The translations under genes and the position numbers were made by a program. A DNA stretch of 48,449 bases, the filler included, from an uncultured virus (IMG/VR IMGVR_UViG_2049941000_000080) (lineage: Duplodnaviria; Heunggongvirae; Uroviricota; Caudoviricetes). It is 12 parts of one record of this genome, joined end to end, with 100 filler letters (N's around TTAATTAATTAA, not from the genome) between each part and the next. Parts side by side here need not be neighbours in the genome. Positions count along the whole stretch, not along the records: positions 29,175 to 43,685 come from IMGVR_UViG_2049941000_000080; positions 43,786 to 45,602 come from IMGVR_UViG_2049941000_000080; positions 45,703 to 48,449 come from IMGVR_UViG_2049941000_000080; 9 more parts are not named here. One strand, 5' to 3'. Positions within the stretch are counted from its first letter, which is position 1, and each line of letters begins with the position of its first letter. Shown here piece by piece: positions 42,534 to 48,449 of this stretch. The notes under the pieces are model-generated. The model saw only the letters and a program-made list of their open reading frames with translations, was not told the origin of the DNA and did no database searches.

Positions 42534-43786
42534 NNNNNNNNNNNNNNNNNNNNNNNNNNNNNNNNNNNNNNNNNNNNNNNNNNNNNNNNNNNNNNNNNNN
42601 NNNNNNNNNNNNNNNNNNNNNNNNNNNNNNNNNNNNNNNNNNNNNNNNNNNNNNNNNNNNNNNNNNNNNNNNNNNNNNNNNNNNNNNNNNNNNNNNNNNN
42701 NNNNNNNNNNNNNNNNNNNNNNNNNNNNNNNNNNNNNNNNNNNNNNNNNNNNNNNNNNNNNNNNNNNNNNNNNNNNNNNNNNNNNNNNNNNNNNNNNNNN
42801 NNNNNNNNNNNNNNNNNNNNNNNNNNNNNNNNNNNNNNNNNNNNNNNNNNNNNNNNNNNNNNNNNNNNNNNNNNNNNNNNNNNNNNNNNNNNNNNNNNNN
42901 NNNNNNNNNNNNNNNNNNNNNNNNNNNNNNNNNNNNNNNNNNNNNNNNNNNNNNNNNNNNNNNNNNNNNNNNNNNNNNNNNNNNNNNNNNNNNNNNNNNN
43001 NNNNNNNNNNNNNNNNNNNNNNNNNNNNNNNNNNNNNNNNNNNNNNNNNNNNNNNNNNNNNNNNNNNNNNNNNNNNNNNNNNNNNNNNNNNNNNNNNNNN
43101 NNNNNNNNNNNNNNNNNNNNNNNNNNNNNNNNNNNNNNNNNNNNNNNNNNNNNNNNNNNNNNNNNNNNNNNNNNNNNNNNNNNNNNNNNNNNNNNNNNNN
43201 NNNNNNNNNNNNNNNNNNNNNNNNNNNNNNNNNNNNNNNNNNNNNNNNNNNNNNNNNNNNNNNNNNNNNNNNNNNNNNNNNNNNNNNNNNNAGAAGAACC
43301 GCCAAGAATTTTAACTTTATGAAGGGAGAAATAACCAAAAAATGAATCAGTTTGAACTGAAAATCAAAATGCCGCAGGCTCAACCCGTAGTCTTTAACTA
43401 CGAATCTTTGAAGAAAGACCTCACAAATGCGCTGACAGACTATCAGGGACGCATTTACACCGAGGATATGATAGCCGAGGCAAAGAGCGACAAGGCAAAG
43501 CTCAACGCTCTCAAAAAGGCTCTTTCCGACGAAAGGGTTGCTCGTAAAAAGGAGTTTGAAGCACCGTTCAAGACATTCGAGGATCAGATTAAGGACTTGT
43601 GCGGAATCATCGACAATGTTACTTCCGGCATTTCTGAGCAGTTGGACGCTTACGAGCAGAAGCGTATCGAAGAAAAGCGTACCGCNNNNNNNNNNNNNNN
43701 NNNNNNNNNNNNNNNNNNNNNNNNNNNNNTTAATTAATTAANNNNNNNNNNNNNNNNNNNNNNNNNNNNNNNNNNNNNNNNNNNNA

Positions 43787-44392
43787 TGGGCGCATAGCGG
43801 AGCAATCGCCTGCAACGGAATGTCTTTGTGTTGGCGACTTATGGACGCTCAATACTTCGGAGTACCTCAACGTCGCAAAAGGATCGCCCTTGTCGTGGAT
43901 TATGGGGGTTACAACGCAACGGACATACTATTATCGGGAGAGCCGTTTGTCGGAGATATTACAGACGGACGCTTCGGAAAAGTATTACCTGTCGGCGAGA
44001 GCTTGCGAAGGAATACTACGCAGAGCAGACAAGAGGGGGAAGGAGTTACCCGAAGTGCTGAAAACGGCGTTGGAGAATCAGATAACTCATACACCCTCAA
44101 AATCAGGGGGGGGGAGTGATACCTACACCAAACCCGACGGAAGTATCGGAACGGCAGGAAAAGGAGCTTTGATACAGACCGAACAGAGTGCGACTTTGGG
44201 AGTTAGTCAGGATCAGACCTTGTTTACCCCTACGGCATACGCTTTTGAGCCTGGAATATCGAAGCAAGGAAATGTTGAAAACCGAATTGTTGAAGAAAAA
44301 ACACCGACATTACGGGCGAAAATGGGAGATAACCAGGTCGCTACCGCATACGGTTTAGGCAGAGATAGTTTTAATTCCGGCAGCAACGCTCA
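43787..44392 (+). CDS. C5 DNA methyltransferase central portion: motif VII-VIII frame, overlapping second frame, G9 tract, TRD modules
   Basis: WRLMDAQYFGVPQRRKRIALV; LSEIL..KYYLS.RAC.GILRRA..RGKELP; PTLRAKMGDNQ. Confidence 0.85.
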
Positions 44393-44931
44393 NNNNNNNN
44401 NNGACATTCTCCCGAAGCAATTACCTCTTGATGTACCTTGCGGATATATCGAGGATAAGGACTTGATAGGCGAGGAAATACCTTTTACAGACCTGCGGAA
44501 CTACATCGGCAAAAAGGTTGTGAAAACCTATACAGCAGGCTACAAGGTTTATCGGGTTATTGAGTATATCGAGGAAAGCGATACATACTACAAGCGAGTA
44601 AGACCGTTGCCTGAATCGGCTATGCGCTACGGCAATATCGTGAATGAGTATATCCACGATGTAGTGGGACAGAAAGAGGCTATGAAGTGCTATGATGTGG
44701 CTTTCGTTTGTGATCGTGTCGCACTATCCGACAAAGAGGGTTCAAAGCAGGCTAACGCTTGGATAAGCGAGGCGTATTGTAGCAACGGCAGGGATAACAT
44801 TCAGCCAGAAGACGCTTGCTCATTTCACAAACTTTTGACAGGAAACAACGGTTGATATTAAAATTTTGTTGTGATGTATTCTAACAGAGTACGCAAGACA
44901 ATAAAGAGAATACAGAAAGGAGAAACGCAAA

Positions 44932-45222
44932 ATGGACTACAAGCTGACGGTGAACGACAACAACGATTGCGAGGTAATACTTCCTGCTGGACAGGACTTT
45001 GTAAGAACCTGCGTATGCGAGGGCGAGGCAAAGGCAATTATCGCAACGGCAAGCAAGGTAGAGAGTTCTGACAAGTTCGAGGGTTTCGGAATCTGCGTAA
45101 ACGACGGAGCGTATTTTATCGCAGGAACGCTTGACGAGGCAAAGGCAGAACCGAAGTCTGAACCCGAAGAAAAGCCTGCCGAACCGAAGAAGCGTGGCGG
45201 CAGACCGAAGAAGTCTGAATGA
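44932..45222 (+). CDS. Hypothetical protein with basic AT-hook-like tail, own promoter in allele
   Basis: RBS AAGGAG; KKRGGRPKK; allele at 46169 has TTGACA-N18-TATACT (46102-46131). Confidence 0.65.
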   Translation: MDYKLTVNDNNDCEVILPAGQDFVRTCVCEGEAKAIIATASKVESSDKFEGFGICVNDGAYFIAGTLDEAKAEPKSEPEEKPAEPKKRGGRPKKSE

Positions 45223-46243
45223 CTTTGTGCGTGGCATAGCCGTATTTGGCTCGTATTTGCCCTATACGGCTTTCCACGAAGAAAAACGGGTAATTTCATT
45301 CAGAAAGAAAGAGAGGCGTTTTAGAGCGAATATGGGAGACAACGAAGAACCAGACAGGCTATTAAGCGAAAAAGAACTAATCAGGCTCGCAAAAGAGCGT
45401 TTCGGACTTACGGCAAGCAAGGTGATACAAATGATTACCGATTGTCCCGAAGCGAGTGCTATGCAAGTGAGAATACCAGGTGAGCCAAAATGAACGCTTT
45501 GGTAAAAGCTATGGTGAAACGGAATGTAAACCCTGATGAACTATCGGAGAAGTCAGGACTTGCGAAATGCACCGTGATAAAGTATATGCGAGAGCCTTTA
45601 GGNNNNNNNNNNNNNNNNNNNNNNNNNNNNNNNNNNNNNNNNNNNNTTAATTAATTAANNNNNNNNNNNNNNNNNNNNNNNNNNNNNNNNNNNNNNNNNN
45701 NNCTCTTGATACATTCTCGCTCGTTCTTCAAGACTTTAAGTATCTGCTCTGTGTTCATACTCAAAACTCCATTCCGCACCTGGGACAAAACTTGTAATCT
45801 TCGGGGTTATATGTCGCAAGCGAGTAACCGCAGATATGACAAGTTTTTGTGTAGCTTACGAAGTAATCCGAAATAGCTTTCGGTCTTTCGTTCTTTCCTG
45901 CTTCATAACCGCATTNNNNNNNNNNGCGGCAAAGAACAAATCATACGAGACTGCATCGTTAAAAAGCAGGATTGCTNNNNNNNNNNAAGTGCATCTGCTC
46001 AAGCGATGTTTTCCGCTCTCGGTATCTCAATGGAAGATATCTCCACAATNNNNNNNNNNATGATTTATTCGACGATAAGCAAACCACAATCGACGATATT
46101 TTTGACAATTAGTGTATTCAAACAATATACTGACGGTAACAAACAATATACAGAAAGGAGAAACGCAAAATGGACTACAAGCTGACGGTGAACGACANNN
46201 NNNNNNNAAGTGCGATTGAGGTTAAATATCCAGGAGAGAGCAA

Positions 46244-46369
46244 ATGAACGCATTGGCACGGATAAGATACGAAAAGGATATGTCCTATATTGAGTTATCG
46301 CAGAAGTCAGGCGTACACATAGGCGTTATTAGGAAGCTCGAAAAGGGAAATAAAATCGCCACCGCACAC
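46244..46369 (+). CDS. XRE HTH protein fragment (related fragment 45490-45602)
   Basis: L..IR....MS..ELS.KSGV....I.KLE.G. Confidence 0.7.
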
Positions 46370-46379
46370 NNNNNNNNNN

Positions 46380-46711
46380 CTTACGAAGTTTACCATTTTG
46401 ACGAAGATTGGGATAAAAGAATTGAGTGCCTTGAATGTGCCAAAGAGCACGAACAGTTAGCCGATTGGCTCGAAGAACTAAAGCAGAGGCGTGAGGCAGA
46501 CGGGTGGATAAGCACGAAAGAGCGTATGCCAGAAAAGGACGGAGTATATCTTGTTGCGATTCAGTATGTATCAAAGTACGAGGTAGGTTCTCCGATTCAT
46601 ACGATAGAATTGCTCGCTTCTTACGACACAAAGTACGGACAATGGAGTTCGCCTGATAATGTTATCGCTTGGCGAAATCTTCCGAAACCCTACGGAAGCG
46701 AGGATAAGTAA
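46380..46711 (+). CDS. DUF551-like modular protein fragment
   Basis: EHEQLADWL.EL, WIS.KERMPE, VIAW..LP.PY. Confidence 0.7.
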
Positions 46712-46933
46712 ATGAAAGAATACGAAGTTTATGACGTTGATGATAATAGTGAAGAATTACCGCACGAAGTTGCTGAACTTATCTGTTTAAGGTGCTTACA
46801 TAGGTGGATAGGCGTATATCCAACGCAGTTAAGACTAAAGGATATGGAATGTAAATGTGGTGCAATCGGCTATGTTATCAAGACGGGACAAACTTACGAA
46901 GAAAGCGAGGCAACAAATGAAGAACCCTTATAA
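46712..46933 (+). CDS. Zn-ribbon hypothetical protein
   Basis: ICLRC.HRWI.V.P..L...EC.CG..GYVIKTGQ. Confidence 0.65.
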   Translation: MKEYEVYDVDDNSEELPHEVAELICLRCLHRWIGVYPTQLRLKDMECKCGAIGYVIKTGQTYEESEATNEEPL

Positions 46934-47467
46934 CTACATCGTGCCGAGAGTTTCAGAAACGGTTGATTTTGGGAAAGCACCGATAGAATGTGCTGAATAA
47001 NNNNNNNNNNGGACGGAGTAAAGTTGTGCGAGTATTGTGATTTGTGCTTGCCGGACACGGAAATTCTCGAAGTGTATGACTTTCTGATTGAAGCGTACTC
47101 GATAACCGAAATACACATCAACATAAGCAAAGAGGAATCGGAAAAGTTATTTGAGATACTGAATCGCAACGCAAAAGATCACATAAGGCTTGGAGTTATC
47201 CCTTATCCCGATATAGGCGAGAGCTATCCGACAGTTACATTTACAACGGAAGGAGATACAGAATAATGCCTGATGAAAGATATTTGTTTATCTACAAGTG
47301 CCGAGTGTGTGGTGCGGAAATCAACGGCGGTATTACGGGCAGAGCTACCGCTTTGAGAATGATAAATCAGACTGTNNNNNNNNNNGGTGAAGTATAGTAT
47401 CTTCCGTTCGTCCTTTACCGATAAACAAGCCGTGAATGTAACGATGTAGTTGACCTTTTCCATATCA

Positions 47468-47809
47468 TCACCCCCGACCTTCAACTTCTCGCTTTAGCTT
47501 CTCGCCGTAGGCTTCTGCGTCCTCTTTCGTACCGAATGTGAAATCACTTGACACTTCCTTGCCCGTACCGTCAACGACGCTGACGAGGTACGCACGGGTG
47601 ATCTTCACCGAATACCGCTTCTCACGGAGCTTTGACACTTCTGCGAGTTCCTTTTCCTCTACGGTCTTTACCCCAGGCTTACGCTTTGCCGGAATCGGAG
47701 TGTCTGCATCTACAAAAACCGCTGCACCTATCTTGATCGTTGCGAGCTTTCCGCACTTTGTCCATGTCTTTACTGTTTCAAGCGGTACGCCGTACTTTTC
47801 TGCGTACTC
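47468..47809 (-). CDS. Excisionase/MerR-like HTH protein, partial
   Basis: EYAEKYGV...TV.TW...GKL...KIG. Confidence 0.6.
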   Translation of the reverse strand, partial: EYAEKYGVPLETVKTWTKCGKLATIKIGAAVFVDADTPIPAKRKPGVKTVEEKELAEVSKLREKRYSVKITRAYLVSVVDGTGKEVSSDFTFGTKEDAEAYGEKLKREVEGRG

Positions 47810-48115
47810 NNNNNNNNNNGCCGAATGTGAAATCGCTTGACACTTCCTTGCCCGTACCGTCAACGACGCTGACGAGGTACGCACGNNNNNNNNNNNNNNN
47901 NNNNNNNNNNNNNNNNNNNNNNNNNNNNNNNNNNNNNNNNNNNNNNNNNNNNNNNNNNNNNNNNNNNNNNNNNNNNNNNNNNNNNNNNNNNNNNNNNNNN
48001 NNNNNNNNNNNNNNNNNNNNNNNNNNNNNNNNNNNNNNNNNNNNNNNNNNNNNNNNNNNNNNNNNNNNNNNNNNNNNNNNNNNNNNNNNNNNNNNNNNNN
48101 NNNNNNNNNNNNNNN

Positions 48116-48449
48116 AGAAAGCCTATTAGAACGCAAATAGACAAGGTTATCGTGCTATCCGCTTTCGCAAGCCTGATGATGTTATATATCGTGCTTGCGC
48201 CTGCGGAAGAAGTACGGACACCGCAAGAGGAAGAATCGGGCATATCGGCATACGAGATTGCCACGGCAGGAAGAAAGGATATTAAAGAGCTTTCGGCAAA
48301 GGCTACGCATACTGAACCCGAAATAACGAGCGACTTCACCGAGGAAATCACGGAAGAATTTAATTGCCTTATGTATGCGACTATCCCGATAGGGCGGTAC
48401 TACATCACCGCATACAATCACGAAGAAACAGGCTCGAAGCTCACCGCAA
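48116..48449 (+). CDS. Membrane-anchored 3D-domain protein N-terminus
   Basis: TM VIVLSAFASLMMLYIVLA, acidic linker, PIGRYYITAYNH.ETGSK.TA matching the 39942 allele. Confidence 0.75.

Noticed and set aside
2653..45658. TTAATTAATTAA palindromic repeat as a biological element
   Set aside because: Always embedded in N runs; standard six-frame-stop concatenation linker

Overview
This is not one contiguous genome. It is a scaffolded concatenation (11 artificial NNN-TTAATTAATTAA-NNN linkers plus many 10-N joins) of short contigs from a population of related siphoviruses, probably infecting Firmicutes/Clostridia, with pieces from at least one more distant phage. Many ORF-track entries are chimeras across gaps. 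The dominant phage has an r1t-like head module (HNH, portal, MuF-like, TerL, scaffold, MCP) and a non-contractile tail with a -1 frameshifted chaperone, TMP, Dit and Tal. The window also holds holin/amidase lysis genes, an integrase-repressor pair, recombination genes (YqaJ, DUF1351, RecT, ERF, SSB), a replisome organizer/loader and a hyperplastic small-gene region. The most notable signals are: (1) a glycan-building set (GT2, nucleotidyltransferase, Stealth phosphotransferase) abutting the packaging HNH; (2) a split, multi-TRD C5 methyltransferase with G7-G9 tracts, an overlapping-frame subunit and a C-terminal motif I-II; (3) a promoter/terminator-bounded sRNA complementary to the RBS and start codon of a downstream membrane-peptide gene; (4) a kissing-loop/pseudoknot attenuator upstream of the replication initiator. 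All family calls come from motif recognition by eye; no searches were run.
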